64,000 nt of DNA from Gemmatimonadota bacterium (GTDB lineage: Bacteria; Gemmatimonadota; Gemmatimonadetes; Gemmatimonadales; GWC2-71-9). The translations under genes and the position numbers were made by a program. Below the pieces are notes generated by a model that had not been told where the DNA came from, did not search any database, and was given only the letters and a program-made list of their open reading frames with translations. The stretch spans positions 423,338-487,337 of the forward strand of contig JBDHAB010000001.1 of assembly GCA_039588295.1 (NCBI GenBank), written 5' to 3'. Every line of letters begins with the position of its first letter. Position 1 is the stretch's first letter. Positions 27,151-40,103 of the stretch are shown here, one piece after another.

Positions 27151-28985
27151 CGAGCCAAGTGCGGTCTACGCTCGCGGCGTCGCCGGACGAACGACACATC
27201 GGTTCGGTGGCGGACATCGTGCGCGCCAGGCTTCCGTCCTACGGGAGGCAACCCGCCATCCGCTACGACGATGGAAGCAGCTACAAGACCCTGAGTTTCA
27301 TGGACGTTCTGAACAACATCAGGCGGGCAGTCCAAGTCTTCGCTGCGACCGAACCCCGGCAGCACATCGTCTGCACGTTCGTCAAGAACCGGCCGGAGTG
27401 GGACATGCTGGCGCTGGCCAGCATCCATACTGGGAATATCCTGTTTCCCCTCGACACGAAGATGCACGACGCCGAGCTGGCGCACCTCCTGCAGCAGAGT
27501 CCTCCGGATATGGTGCTGGTGAGCCCCGCTTCCCGCCTACGCATGAAGGGGGTCCTCAAGCAGCTCGGCCTCCGTCCGCGGATCCTGATCGCCGACCTCT
27601 ATCGTGTGTTCGAGGACAGCGACGCTCCCAGCATGGGGTACCTGGAGGATCACGAGCAGCGAATGTCCTCCTTACCGTTTCCCGTGGACGCCACGTTTCC
27701 GGAACCCAGCGAGCGGCTGCGCCAGCCCGATCTGGTGCTCGGCCACTACGCGACATCCGGCACTACGAGTCTACCGAAGCTGGTCCGCATCACTCACGCA
27801 AACATCGTGGCGCAAGTGAACGAGGGCATGGACGTCATGAACCTACGGAAGACCGAAGACCTTCTCAATATCGGCCCCTACACCCACATCGCCACGCTGC
27901 TCGAGTTTCTCGTGACCAAGGCCAGGGGTTTCTGTGTGACGTACTTCACACGCGAACCGGATGAAGACAAGGTCTTGGAGAACGAGATCAAGAAGTTGAA
28001 GAAGCTCGGGGTCCGCATCAAGGCGCTGATGGCCGTTCCGAAGTTCTGGATCTACATCATGAAGGAAGTGCTGGAGGAGATGAAGGACAAAGCGATCTGG
28101 AAGGATCTCTATGAACATCTGACGAGCATCGAGCGGCACGCCAAGCTCCACGATATCGGGACGTTGGACAAGGCGAAGCTCACCGCGATCCGGATCTTCC
28201 TTCGCAACAAGATGGGGGGACACTTCAGCTACGGCATCTCATCCTCCACCCGAATCGATCCTGGCGTGATCGAGATCTTTGCGAAACTCGGCGTGACGGT
28301 GATCGACGTCTACGGCGCGACCGAAGCCTCGGGCTTCATCGCCAGGAACCGCCTCAACGAGAGCCGGCGGGGCTCCTGTGGCCGATTGATCGCGGCGTTG
28401 GAATTCAAGGTCGACAATCCGAGGATCATTCCGGGACGCGAGCACCCGGTGGGTGAACTCCTTGTGAAGGGCGCGACCATTTGCCCGGGGTACGTGGGCC
28501 AGGAAGATGGATCGCACATTGACGCAGACGGGTTCTATCACACCGGCGATCTCGCCTGGGTGGACGAGGACGGATGGGTGTTCCTGGTGGGACGGGAGAA
28601 GGAGTTGATGGAGTGGACCGACGGGAGCCTGATAGACCGAATGCACCTGTCGAATCTCCTGGTTCGTTCTATCTGGGTCAAAGATGCTCTCGTAACGAGG
28701 CTGAACGATGAGGACCACCTCAGCATGTTTGTCTTGCCCGATTGGCCTCGCATCGAGAAGGACGCGGGATTTCGCCAGTCCTTGGAGACCGGCGTTCGGC
28801 GCGAAGAGGCCCTCAAGGCCCGACTGCTGGAGGCTGCGGCGTACGCGCAATCGCTGGCAGATATGACCGCGCGTCTCTCGACGGAGAAGATCTACCTGTT
28901 GGCGAGGAAACTGGAGCGCACGCCGACGCACAAGATCAAGTTCATCAGGGAGTTGGAACGGCTCGATCTCGAGTCGTACGTCTGA
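27147..28985 (+). CDS. AMP-dependent acyl ligase (long-chain acyl-CoA synthetase-like)
   Basis: TSGTTSLPK, YGATE, TGD, GREKE, RTPTHKIK; ATGA overlap with the upstream gene. Confidence 0.88.
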   Translation: MTSQVRSTLAASPDERHIGSVADIVRARLPSYGRQPAIRYDDGSSYKTLSFMDVLNNIRRAVQVFAATEPRQHIVCTFVKNRPEWDMLALASIHTGNILFPLDTKMHDAELAHLLQQSPPDMVLVSPASRLRMKGVLKQLGLRPRILIADLYRVFEDSDAPSMGYLEDHEQRMSSLPFPVDATFPEPSERLRQPDLVLGHYATSGTTSLPKLVRITHANIVAQVNEGMDVMNLRKTEDLLNIGPYTHIATLLEFLVTKARGFCVTYFTREPDEDKVLENEIKKLKKLGVRIKALMAVPKFWIYIMKEVLEEMKDKAIWKDLYEHLTSIERHAKLHDIGTLDKAKLTAIRIFLRNKMGGHFSYGISSSTRIDPGVIEIFAKLGVTVIDVYGATEASGFIARNRLNESRRGSCGRLIAALEFKVDNPRIIPGREHPVGELLVKGATICPGYVGQEDGSHIDADGFYHTGDLAWVDEDGWVFLVGREKELMEWTDGSLIDRMHLSNLLVRSIWVKDALVTRLNDEDHLSMFVLPDWPRIEKDAGFRQSLETGVRREEALKARLLEAAAYAQSLADMTARLSTEKIYLLARKLERTPTHKIKFIRELERLDLESYV

Positions 28986-29303
28986 GGTGGAAGGCTCCGT
29001 CAGCCTCGATACTGGCGAGTCAACCATGCGGGCTCGACAGGCCCGGGGCGGACTAGACGCCGCCTGCCCGGGAGTGGCGCCCGAGAACCACCGAGTGGAC
29101 CGCCACCCCACCTACCATCCCAGGGTCCCCTAGACGGTCCACTTACACAGAGCGTATTTTTAGAGCGGGGAGGGGTGGAGGAGTTGCTGGTCGCTCTTCG
29201 CCGAGATGGGGGGTCTGTGTCTCGGCACGGTGCCCGCGCGGGCACCGGATGCGCTCCGACACGCCAATCGGTTGCATCGTCTTCTTCAGCATGGAGTGAC
29301 CCA

Positions 29304-31403
29304 ATGGAACAGCCTCGTAGTGATCGTTCGAGAGCCGAGGAATGGCGGCATAAGCTTCTCCTTTGCGTATCGGGCCTGCTGCTCTTCGAGACGCTCACGG
29401 GCCTATCCGTGTTCTTGCTTCCGTTTTCAGTCTCGAACCAAGTCATGGTCCTGCTCCATACCGTGGTCGGGCTCGTGTGCCTTGTGCCATTTGCCTGGTA
29501 TCAGACTCGCCATTGGCTCATCTATCGGCCGCTACGCATGTCGCACGTGAAGCTCACCGGCTATTTCGCTATGGTGGCGACTGTCATCGCCATCGTATCC
29601 GGCCTGGTGCTGACCGTTCAGGCCTTGTGGGCAACGCGTATCAGCTACGCGTGGGACTTGATCCACATCGTTGCCACGTTTGCGCTGATCGCGTCCGTCG
29701 TTCCCCACCTCTTGGTCCTCGTCAATCGTGAAGTGCGAGCGGCCCGTGTCGGCAACGGCGATTCGGCACTCGGCGCCACAAAGAGCTTTGGCCTGGGCTC
29801 GTTCCTGGTCGCGGCGATACCGTTCGTGGCCGTTGCGCTGGTAGCGTACTGGTATGAGCCGCCGACGATGGCGAACGACTTCCCAGCTGACTACAGCTAT
29901 CTGTATGGCCCAGACCGGCCGTTCGCGCCCAGCCTCGCGCGTACGAACACAGGCACGGCGTTTGACGCACGATCCATGAGCGGTTCGGAATCTTGTGGAA
30001 CGGCACGGTGTCACGAGCAGATCGTGAAAGAGTGGCAGGTCAGTGCCCACCGTTACTCTGCGATGGACGCGGCTTTCCAGTCGGTGCAGGAGGTGATGGC
30101 CCAACAGAATGGCGCCGAGTCGACGCGCTACTGCGGCGGCTGTCACGATCCCGTCTCGCTGTTTTCGGGGGCCAAGAACGTCTTCACCGAAGAGCTGACG
30201 AACCTCGCCGGATATCAGGAAGGTGTTTCCTGCATCGTTTGCCATGCAATTGAGGAAACCGACGTCAAGGGGAACGCGAACTACGTCATCACGCAACCGA
30301 ACCGCTACATGTTCGAGCTTGATGAGGGAAAGACGGCCCGGTTCTTCAGAGACTTTCTCCTCCGGGCCTATCCTCGCAATCACGTGGAGACCCTCCAGCA
30401 CCGGTTGTTCAAGAGCCCAGAGTTCTGCGCGGCGTGCCACAAGCAGTTCATCGACGAGGAGATCAACCAGGTCGGATGGGTGCAGCTCCAGAACCAGTTT
30501 GACAATTGGAAGAACAGCAGATGGAACGAGCCGGGGGACCCGCGCGAGACGATCGAGTGCCGCGAATGCCATATGCCGTTGACGGAATCCCACGATCCCT
30601 CCAGTGGAGACGAGCTCGATTACAATCGCTCGGCGCGTGACGGCAAGCACCGCAGCCATCGGTTTCTGGCGGCCAATCAGTTCATGCCACTGGCTCTGAA
30701 GCTCGAAGGGGCGCAGGAGCACGTGGATCTGACGGAGCAGTGGCTGCGGGGTGAGACCGAGATCCCCGAGATTGCCGACAAGTGGCGCTCGGGCCCCGCC
30801 GTTCCGCTGGAGCTTGTGGTCCCGGATTCGGTGAACCCTGGGGAGGACGTGAAGGTTCAAGCAGTTGTCACCAACAACAAGGTCGGCCACGACTTCCCCA
30901 CTGGGCCGCTCGATATCATCCAGGCGTGGGTGGAGATCATCGTGAAAGACCAGGCTGGCAACATCGTCTTTCAGTCGGGGAGCAGAGACGAGAGGCATTT
31001 CATTGAACCCGGGTCCTTCATCTTCAAGGCAGAACCCGTCGATCAGTCCGGCAACCTGATCGACCGCCATAATCTCTGGGAAATGGTCGGGGTGCGATAT
31101 CGCCGCTCCATGTTTCCCGGGGCGTCCGACAGAGCGGAATTCGGCTTCTCGTGTCCTGCGACGACGGTCCCTGCGCAAGGCCGTGAGGGCGGCGGGCCGC
31201 CATCCCTCGACACAGACGCGGAATTCGAGGCGCCCGGCCAGCAAGCGACGACGTTGCACGTATCGGCGAAGTTGCTCTACAGGAAGGCAGACCAATTTCT
31301 CCTGAACTTCCTGTTCGGTGAGGACGCCAACCTGACCGCGCCGATCACGGTCATGTCGGAGGACGAGAAGACAATCGTCGTGAGGCCGCGGGAATCGTTA
31401 TAG
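29304..31403 (+). CDS. Membrane-anchored multiheme c-type cytochrome (c554-like)
   Basis: About 5 N-terminal TMs carrying His; CGTARCH, CGGCH, CIVCH, CAACH, CRECH; GHDFPTG. Confidence 0.85.
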   Translation: MEQPRSDRSRAEEWRHKLLLCVSGLLLFETLTGLSVFLLPFSVSNQVMVLLHTVVGLVCLVPFAWYQTRHWLIYRPLRMSHVKLTGYFAMVATVIAIVSGLVLTVQALWATRISYAWDLIHIVATFALIASVVPHLLVLVNREVRAARVGNGDSALGATKSFGLGSFLVAAIPFVAVALVAYWYEPPTMANDFPADYSYLYGPDRPFAPSLARTNTGTAFDARSMSGSESCGTARCHEQIVKEWQVSAHRYSAMDAAFQSVQEVMAQQNGAESTRYCGGCHDPVSLFSGAKNVFTEELTNLAGYQEGVSCIVCHAIEETDVKGNANYVITQPNRYMFELDEGKTARFFRDFLLRAYPRNHVETLQHRLFKSPEFCAACHKQFIDEEINQVGWVQLQNQFDNWKNSRWNEPGDPRETIECRECHMPLTESHDPSSGDELDYNRSARDGKHRSHRFLAANQFMPLALKLEGAQEHVDLTEQWLRGETEIPEIADKWRSGPAVPLELVVPDSVNPGEDVKVQAVVTNNKVGHDFPTGPLDIIQAWVEIIVKDQAGNIVFQSGSRDERHFIEPGSFIFKAEPVDQSGNLIDRHNLWEMVGVRYRRSMFPGASDRAEFGFSCPATTVPAQGREGGGPPSLDTDAEFEAPGQQATTLHVSAKLLYRKADQFLLNFLFGEDANLTAPITVMSEDEKTIVVRPRESL

Positions 31404-31406
31404 ACG

Positions 31407-33239
31407 ATGGCGTCCGCGATACCACGACGTCGAAGGCTGCTTCTCCGGACGGCAGGCCTCGGCGCACTCTTCGTCGCTGGGGCAGTCGTCGCTGTGTGGC
31501 TCGCCGTGAGGCCGGAACCCACTTACCGGCCGGGTGAGGGCGTTGCAGGGCTGAAAGCCGACCTTGCGCGCCCGGTCCCGGCTGATCACCCGCGGATCAC
31601 TTTCGCGAACGTGACCCAAGAAGCGGGGATCGATTTCCCGCACTTCGCTGGACAACGTTCATCGCAGCTGCCGGAAGACATGGGATCCGGTGCGGCTTGG
31701 GGTGACTTCGACAATGATGGCTGGTTGGACCTCTACGTCGTCAACGAGGTCGGACCGCTGACGTCCGTGGAGGGGGAGGAGGTGGCGCAGTCTCCGGCAC
31801 ATGCGGCGTTGTATCGCAACGCCGGCGACGGCACGTTTCGCGAGGTCAGTGCGGAGGCCGGCGTTCAGTTCCGCGGTTGGGGGATGGGGGTGGCTTGGGG
31901 AGACTACGACAACGACGGCTGGCTCGATCTCTTCGTGTCGGCGTACGGCGAAAGCGTGCTGTATCAGAACAATGGAGATGGCACGTTCGCCGACAGGACC
32001 CAGGAGGCGGGCCTCGGTGGGCGTCCTGGCTTCTGGGCGGGAGTGTGTTGGGGAGACTACGATCGAGATGGCTTTCTCGACCTCTACGTGACGGGATACG
32101 TCAAGTATCGATACCTAGCGGACCAACAACGATCGCTGCAATACGATGTCGAGCAACCCGCCGGCATCAACCCATCGTCGTTCGCGCCAGAACGGAATCT
32201 CCTGTATCGCAACAACGGGGACGGGACCTTCAGTGAGGTGGCGGCCCAGGCCGGTGTGTCGGGTGAAATCGGGCGAAGTTTGGGCGCCGTGTGGGCCGAC
32301 TTCGACGATGACGGCTGGCCCGATCTCTATGTTGCGAACGACGTTTCCGACAACGTGCTGTACTGGAACCAGCGAGATGGGACCTTCAGGGATATCAGCC
32401 TCGCCGCTCGGGTCGCGGACTACCGCGGCGCCATGGGAATCGCGGTTGGCGACTGGGATCGGGATGCGGACGTGGACATGTTCGTCACGCACTGGATAGC
32501 GCAGGAAAACGCGCTGTACAGCAACCTCCGGTCGGAGTTGCGTGCCCTCGGTTCCGACACGCTCCAGCCTCTGCAATTCATAGACGTGGCAGACCGATAT
32601 GGACTGGGGCAAGTTGCACTGGACTTTATCGGATGGGGAACGTCCTTCATCGATTACGACAACGACGGCCAGCTGGATCTCTTCGTCGTCAACGGAAGCA
32701 CGTTACAGCAGGATGACGATCCACGACTCCTCGTACCGATGACCGACCAAGTGTTCTGGAATCGCGGGGCAGACGACGGATTCTACGATGTGTCTTCGGT
32801 GAGCGGTGAGTACTTCGGGCACGCCTATGTGGGTCGGGGCGCAGCGTTCGGAGATTACGACAATGACGGTGACGTCGACGTCTTTGTGGTGAATAACGTC
32901 GGGCCAGGTATCTTGTTGCGCAACGAAGGTGGCAATCGGAATCAGTGGCTGCTGGTGCAGCTTGCCGGAACGCAGAGTAACCGGTCGGCCGTTGGTGCGA
33001 GACTGCGCCTCGTTGCTGGCGAGACCGTCCAGATCCGTGAGGTGGGTGCACAGAGCCCGTACCTTTCGCAGAACAGTCTCGTTCAGCATTTCGGTCTCGG
33101 CGCACTGCAGGCGGCGGACACGCTGGAGATCAGATGGCCCAGCGGATTGCACCAGATCGTGCTACGGCCGCTATCCAATCAGATCCTGCGTGTCTCGGAG
33201 GGGGCGGCGGTTCCGAACGCCGCCGAGCAACCGCGGTGA
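31407..33239 (+). CDS. CRTAC1-family FG-GAP repeat protein with ASPIC/UnbV domain
   Basis: Repeated WGDFDNDGWLDL motifs; SNRSAVGAR, HFGLG, IRWPSG. Confidence 0.92.
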   Translation: MASAIPRRRRLLLRTAGLGALFVAGAVVAVWLAVRPEPTYRPGEGVAGLKADLARPVPADHPRITFANVTQEAGIDFPHFAGQRSSQLPEDMGSGAAWGDFDNDGWLDLYVVNEVGPLTSVEGEEVAQSPAHAALYRNAGDGTFREVSAEAGVQFRGWGMGVAWGDYDNDGWLDLFVSAYGESVLYQNNGDGTFADRTQEAGLGGRPGFWAGVCWGDYDRDGFLDLYVTGYVKYRYLADQQRSLQYDVEQPAGINPSSFAPERNLLYRNNGDGTFSEVAAQAGVSGEIGRSLGAVWADFDDDGWPDLYVANDVSDNVLYWNQRDGTFRDISLAARVADYRGAMGIAVGDWDRDADVDMFVTHWIAQENALYSNLRSELRALGSDTLQPLQFIDVADRYGLGQVALDFIGWGTSFIDYDNDGQLDLFVVNGSTLQQDDDPRLLVPMTDQVFWNRGADDGFYDVSSVSGEYFGHAYVGRGAAFGDYDNDGDVDVFVVNNVGPGILLRNEGGNRNQWLLVQLAGTQSNRSAVGARLRLVAGETVQIREVGAQSPYLSQNSLVQHFGLGALQAADTLEIRWPSGLHQIVLRPLSNQILRVSEGAAVPNAAEQPR

Positions 33240-34105
33240 AGCGCGTCGCGGGCTTCCTCCTTGCGGTGGGTGTTCTCTTTGTGGCAGTCACCGTCTTGAA
33301 GAGTAGGTCGTCCGGGACGCCCGGCAGTGTCGATTCCGCTGGCATGTCAGTCGAGGATCGGGACCGGATCCGGCGTTTTTGGGAGACCTACCGCCTGGCC
33401 ACCGAACACCGCATCGCGGGACGGTCGCGGGAAGCAGCGGACGCGTACACCCGTGCGCTGGCACTCAATCCCGAGCATCAAGATGCGCTTTACTACCTGG
33501 GAAACATGGACTTCGACCTGGGGAACCTCGCCGCCGCCGAGCACGCCTGGCAGCGGTTGGTGGAGATCGATCCCACCAGCGCTCGCGCACATTCGCAGTT
33601 GGGCACTCTGTATTTCTGTGTCGGCGAGCAGGAGATGCTCCAGCCCGAGAGAGCCACGGCCGAGTTTCAACGAGCGTTGACGATCAACCGCGAGGAGACG
33701 GGCCCACTCCTTCGTCTCGGCGAGATTGCCCTGGTTCTGGGAGATCTGGAGAATGCGCTTTCCTACTTCGATGCGGTTGTCGGTTCGGACTACTCCAGCG
33801 TCGAGGCGCACTTCTACAAGGGCTACATCGCATGGAAGGCGGGCGCGTTGGACCGAGCATCGGAGCTACTGGCAGCAGCGACCCGCCACGCACAGCCGGC
33901 AGAGCCCGCGGAAGGCGTGCCAGGCGAAGGCGATACTCGAGCTGGTGCCGCTCCTATGGTGACCGCCCCCGTCAGGTGCGGGGCGATGCGGGCTCGTGTG
34001 GACGACCTCACAGCGTTGGATGAAGATGTCGCTCGCCGCGTGGGACCGATCTATCGGGAGTTCGACGAGCTGCTGAAGGACGTGCGGCGGAGGCTCCCCC
34101 ACTAA
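33236..34105 (+). CDS. Membrane-anchored TPR protein
   Basis: [20 protein letters not shown] repeats; GTGA overlap with the upstream stop. Confidence 0.85.
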   Translation: MKRVAGFLLAVGVLFVAVTVLKSRSSGTPGSVDSAGMSVEDRDRIRRFWETYRLATEHRIAGRSREAADAYTRALALNPEHQDALYYLGNMDFDLGNLAAAEHAWQRLVEIDPTSARAHSQLGTLYFCVGEQEMLQPERATAEFQRALTINREETGPLLRLGEIALVLGDLENALSYFDAVVGSDYSSVEAHFYKGYIAWKAGALDRASELLAAATRHAQPAEPAEGVPGEGDTRAGAAPMVTAPVRCGAMRARVDDLTALDEDVARRVGPIYREFDELLKDVRRRLPH

Positions 34106-34368
34106 GCGGCGTCGTGGACCGCGCCCGCCCGGACGAAGACTGGCGACGAAGATCGGTTGGCGAAGGGGCGGGTGGATCGCCATCCGCGGTTACCGAATCG
34201 GGACGCAAATGGCAACGGCCAGCTCAGCCCGAAGCCGGTGATCATCGGTGGAAAACGCCGGGAACCCCCGTATTTTGGGCAGCATCTGTGGAGTGCGATG
34301 CTCGGCGTGATTCATGCAGGAGAGGTTTTGGGGCGATTCATCTCGATGTAGTGTTCGAGGGAGGCAGC

Positions 34369-35478
34369 GTGGCCCTACCGAACCGACCCACACATGAGGC
34401 GCGAATCCTCGTCGTGGACGACGAGGAGCCAAACATCCAGCTCCTCGAGCAGATCCTCGGCTCGGTAGGCTACACGTCCGTCAGGAGCACGAATGACTCG
34501 CGGCAGGTGCTCGATCTGTACCGAGAGTTCGAGCCGGATCTGATCTTACTGGACATCAAGATGCCGCACCTCGATGGGCACCAGGTGCTGGAGCAGTTGG
34601 GACAGGTGGTACCTGACGGGGAGTATCTCCCGGTGCTCGTGCTGACGTCAGACGGAAGCACGCCGACGAAGCGCCACGCGTTATCGGGCGGCGCCAAGGA
34701 TTTCCTGACCAAGCCGTTCAGCCCGATGGAGGTCCGGCTACGCGTGCAGAATCTCCTGGAAACGCGGTTCCTCCACTGCGCGCTGCGTGACCACAACCGA
34801 CTCCTCGAACAGCGCGTGGAGCGGCGCACGGCTCAGCTCATCCGGCGCACGGACGAGCTCGAAGAGGCCCGCGTCGAGATCCTCGAACGGCTCGCGCGCG
34901 CTGCAGAGTTCCGGGATGACGCGACGGGGTTGCACACGCGCCGTGTCGCGCGGACCGCGTCTCTGTTGGCGGAGCGCCTGGAGCTGCCCGACGACGAGGT
35001 CGACTTGATCCGGCGGGCGGCGTCGCTGCACGACATCGGCAAGATCGGCGTGCCCGACTCGGTGTTGCTCAAACCGGGTCCACTCGATCCCTCCGAAATC
35101 GAGGTCATGCGAACCCACGCCGCGATCGGGGCGGACATTCTGTCGGGGAGCCGTGTGCCGCTCCTGGGCGTCGGACGGGAGATCGCACTGACCCATCACG
35201 AATGGTGGGACGGCAACGGCTATCCGTCCGGCCTCCAGGGGCGGGCGATTCCAGTCTCCGGTCGGCTTGTGGCGGCAGCCGATGTCTTCGATGCGCTGAC
35301 GCACGCTCGGCCGTACAAGGAAGCTTGGTCCCAGGAAGACGCCGCCGATGAAATCCGAAGCGAGGCCGGCACCCACTTCGATCCGGACGTTGTCGCAGCG
35401 TTCACCGATCTCTTCCGCGAGGGATTGCTCGATGAACGTCGTCTCGAAGAGGACGAACTGCTGGGAGTGATCCCATGA
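34369..35478 (+). CDS. Response regulator with HD-GYP phosphodiesterase domain (RpfG-like)
   Basis: [46 protein letters not shown]. Confidence 0.93.
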   Translation: MALPNRPTHEARILVVDDEEPNIQLLEQILGSVGYTSVRSTNDSRQVLDLYREFEPDLILLDIKMPHLDGHQVLEQLGQVVPDGEYLPVLVLTSDGSTPTKRHALSGGAKDFLTKPFSPMEVRLRVQNLLETRFLHCALRDHNRLLEQRVERRTAQLIRRTDELEEARVEILERLARAAEFRDDATGLHTRRVARTASLLAERLELPDDEVDLIRRAASLHDIGKIGVPDSVLLKPGPLDPSEIEVMRTHAAIGADILSGSRVPLLGVGREIALTHHEWWDGNGYPSGLQGRAIPVSGRLVAAADVFDALTHARPYKEAWSQEDAADEIRSEAGTHFDPDVVAAFTDLFREGLLDERRLEEDELLGVIP

Positions 35479-35987
35479 GTCGTGGCGCAGCGGTGATGGC
35501 GGCTGGTGCGCTTGTCGCAGGCTGCGCGGGTGGGAGCCTCCGGAGCGGGCCGAGCAATGCCGACCACATGACGGCGGCACTGAGCGCGCTCGAGCAGGAC
35601 AAGCTGCTCCCCGCCTTCGACCATCTGCTCGCCATCGTCTACTCGCATCCCGGAGGCAGGCTTGAACGCCATGCGCGGCTCCTTGCCGCCGCGCTCTCGC
35701 TCGATCCGCGGAACCCCGCGCGCGATCCCAAGTTCGGCGCCGAACTGCTAACGGGTTTTCGAAAGAGCGGACGAGATGCATGGGAGACATCACTCGCGCA
35801 TGCGCTCTTCGTCCTGGCGCTCGATCTCGGAGCGGTGCCGGACTCGGCGCTCATGGACAATGCTCCGGCTGCTCCGCTTCCAGCGCTCACGGCGCAACCG
35901 ATGGCCGTGAGGCTGCGCGAGCTCGAAGCAGCCGTGGCGCAGCTCCAGGAAGAACTCAAGCGCATTCGCGAGACGCTCAAGCCTTGA
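35475..35987 (+). CDS. Lipoprotein with C-terminal coiled coil
   Basis: LVAGC lipobox; [27 protein letters not shown]. Confidence 0.75.
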   Translation: MSRGAAVMAAGALVAGCAGGSLRSGPSNADHMTAALSALEQDKLLPAFDHLLAIVYSHPGGRLERHARLLAAALSLDPRNPARDPKFGAELLTGFRKSGRDAWETSLAHALFVLALDLGAVPDSALMDNAPAAPLPALTAQPMAVRLRELEAAVAQLQEELKRIRETLKP

Positions 35988-36000
35988 GGGGGACTACCGA

Positions 36001-37686
36001 GTGACCATTCGGGCCAGACTGCTCCTCGCCTTTGCCGCGGTCGCCCTGCTCTTGGGGATGCCCTTGGCGTACGGCGTTGGGCGCCTCGGTGAGGTACGCG
36101 AGATCGCGGTGGATCTGCAGACTACCCAGGCGGAGGCCTTCGACGCGCTGAGCGAGCTGCGCGCGGGACTGGTCGAGTTCGACCGCCACGTCCGGAGCTA
36201 TGTGATCGCACCCGATCCTGCATTTCGCGCGGGGATGCAAGGGGCGCTGGACCAGGCCCGCGAGGGTGCCGGTCGACTCGCACGACTGGGCATCGATGGT
36301 GACCACACGCCACCGACCGAGTCGCTGGATTCCCTCGCGGCGACGACCGTCGCGTTGGAGGCGCTGGTCGAGGCCCGCCGGGCGCAGGAGGCCACGGACT
36401 TCTTGCGAACTGTGGTGCAACCCGTGGTCGTCGAGGCACGCTCTACCGTCGACCCGATCGGTGTGGCGATCAATCGATCCAGCACGAGCACCGCCACCCA
36501 AGCGCGCGAGATCAGCGCTCGAGCGATTCGAACGGCGCTCATCGGGGCCCTGATCGCCCTCGTGCTGGGTGCCGCCGTCGCAATCTGGACCACGTTGGTA
36601 CTCACCCGTCCCGTGTGGCGCCTGCGGAGCAGCATGGCTTCCGTGGCGAAGGGTGTGTTCCTGGCACCATGGGACTTGCCATACGAGCGGTATGACGAAG
36701 TCGGCGATCTCAGCCGTTCGTTCCGATCAATGACCAATCAGCTGGCAGAGCTGGAACGAATCCGAGGGGAATTCTTGAACGTCGTGAGTCACGATATCAA
36801 GGCACCGCTCAACGTCATCAATGGGTGCGCGGAGCTCGTGCAAGAGGCGGCGGGTTCGCAACTGGACGAGGAGCAGCGCACCCATTTGGACACGATCCAC
36901 GAGCATGTGCGGCTGCTGACCGAGCGAGTGGACCGGATGCTGAACCTCGGTCGGCTGGAGGCGCAGGCGTATCCCATTGCTGCCGAGCGTGTGCCTGTCG
37001 TACCGACGTTTGGCTGGGTGCGGAGTGCTTTCGAGCCGCAGGCCCGCCACCACGGGATCGAGTTTGCCGTGACCGTCGATCCCAGCGCACCGGCCTTCGT
37101 GGAGCTGGATCCCGAGTGCCTTCACAATGAGATCCTCGGGAATCTCCTGTCCAACGCGTTCAAGTTCACGCCGCGTGGCGGCACGGTCGCGATCCGCGTC
37201 TGGGGCGACCGCACGCAGCCAGCCGCCTTGCACTTCGCGGTGATCGACTCGGGAGTCGGTATCCCGGAGGACGAGCTGCCTTTTGTGTTTAGCAAGTACT
37301 ATCAGGCCGGCACGCGGAAGTCCGGCGGCGGCGTGGGTCTCGGGCTCGCGATCGTTCGCCAGCTCGTGGCAGCGCATGGTGGATCCGTGGAGGTCGAGAG
37401 CCGTCGCGGCGGCGGGACAATCTTCCACGTGATGTTGCCCGGGACGGTCCCGGAGCACCCTGGGAAGGGCAGCTGGCCGGCGCGGGCTCGACAGCGGCAC
37501 CCAGCTCCGACGGACGCGCGCGGGCTCGAGGCTGAGCTCGCCGGCCAGCAGCAGGTGACTCCCGTGCGGCGTTGGCTGCGGCGTACGCGCCGCTCATTCG
37601 CTTCGGTTTTCGGGCCGCGCCGGTTGGAGCAGGATGGCGATGGGCAACGTGGCGGGCGTGACGACGAAGGCTCGCACGTGTCGTAG
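36001..37686 (+). CDS. HAMP-domain sensor histidine kinase
   Basis: Two TMs, DEVGDL, SHDIKAPL, NLLSNAFKF, DSGVGI, GLGLAI. Confidence 0.93.
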   Translation: MTIRARLLLAFAAVALLLGMPLAYGVGRLGEVREIAVDLQTTQAEAFDALSELRAGLVEFDRHVRSYVIAPDPAFRAGMQGALDQAREGAGRLARLGIDGDHTPPTESLDSLAATTVALEALVEARRAQEATDFLRTVVQPVVVEARSTVDPIGVAINRSSTSTATQAREISARAIRTALIGALIALVLGAAVAIWTTLVLTRPVWRLRSSMASVAKGVFLAPWDLPYERYDEVGDLSRSFRSMTNQLAELERIRGEFLNVVSHDIKAPLNVINGCAELVQEAAGSQLDEEQRTHLDTIHEHVRLLTERVDRMLNLGRLEAQAYPIAAERVPVVPTFGWVRSAFEPQARHHGIEFAVTVDPSAPAFVELDPECLHNEILGNLLSNAFKFTPRGGTVAIRVWGDRTQPAALHFAVIDSGVGIPEDELPFVFSKYYQAGTRKSGGGVGLGLAIVRQLVAAHGGSVEVESRRGGGTIFHVMLPGTVPEHPGKGSWPARARQRHPAPTDARGLEAELAGQQQVTPVRRWLRRTRRSFASVFGPRRLEQDGDGQRGGRDDEGSHVS

Positions 37687-37989
37687 AGGTAGTGGTCGCC
37701 GAATCGCGACACACCATACCCTGAGCCTTCGACCGCAAAATCCATCACACACCGCAGCTCTCGTTTGGCACAATCCGTCAAGCTCAATTGACATCTGGTC
37801 GCCCCCGCAGGCAGCATTAGGAACCCTCTCGCTGGACAGGAACTTCGATTAAGGGTCGTTCGCCGGTCTCTTGAGGCCAGTCCCAATCCCTGTCCGCGGG
37901 AGGAGCCAATACCTGTCAGCATCGGCCTCGTGACTACTCCGCGTTTGAGACACGTGACAACCCGAATGTCTATGGGGGGACGAAGACAA

Positions 37990-39936
<1,947 letters not shown>

Positions 39937-40103
39937 CGGAAGTAGAAGCCTCGTCGTCAACCCGCGACCCCTGATGCCATGCCAAGGCTATCGCGACGGA
40001 TGACCGGGATTGGGAATACTTGTGTCAGGACCCGAGATATCGCCGGGTGGCCGCTTCTTCCCTTCTCGCCAGCAGAGCAACTTCCCACGAGGGGTTCGCT
40101 GTC

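Noticed and set aside
24073..28985. Prodigiosin or tambjamine cluster
   Set aside because: No bipyrrole (MBC) genes, carrier protein or condensing enzyme in the window
37690..37930. Riboswitch or ncRNA upstream of the GH3 gene
   Set aside because: No recognisable conserved structure; only an isolated TTGACA
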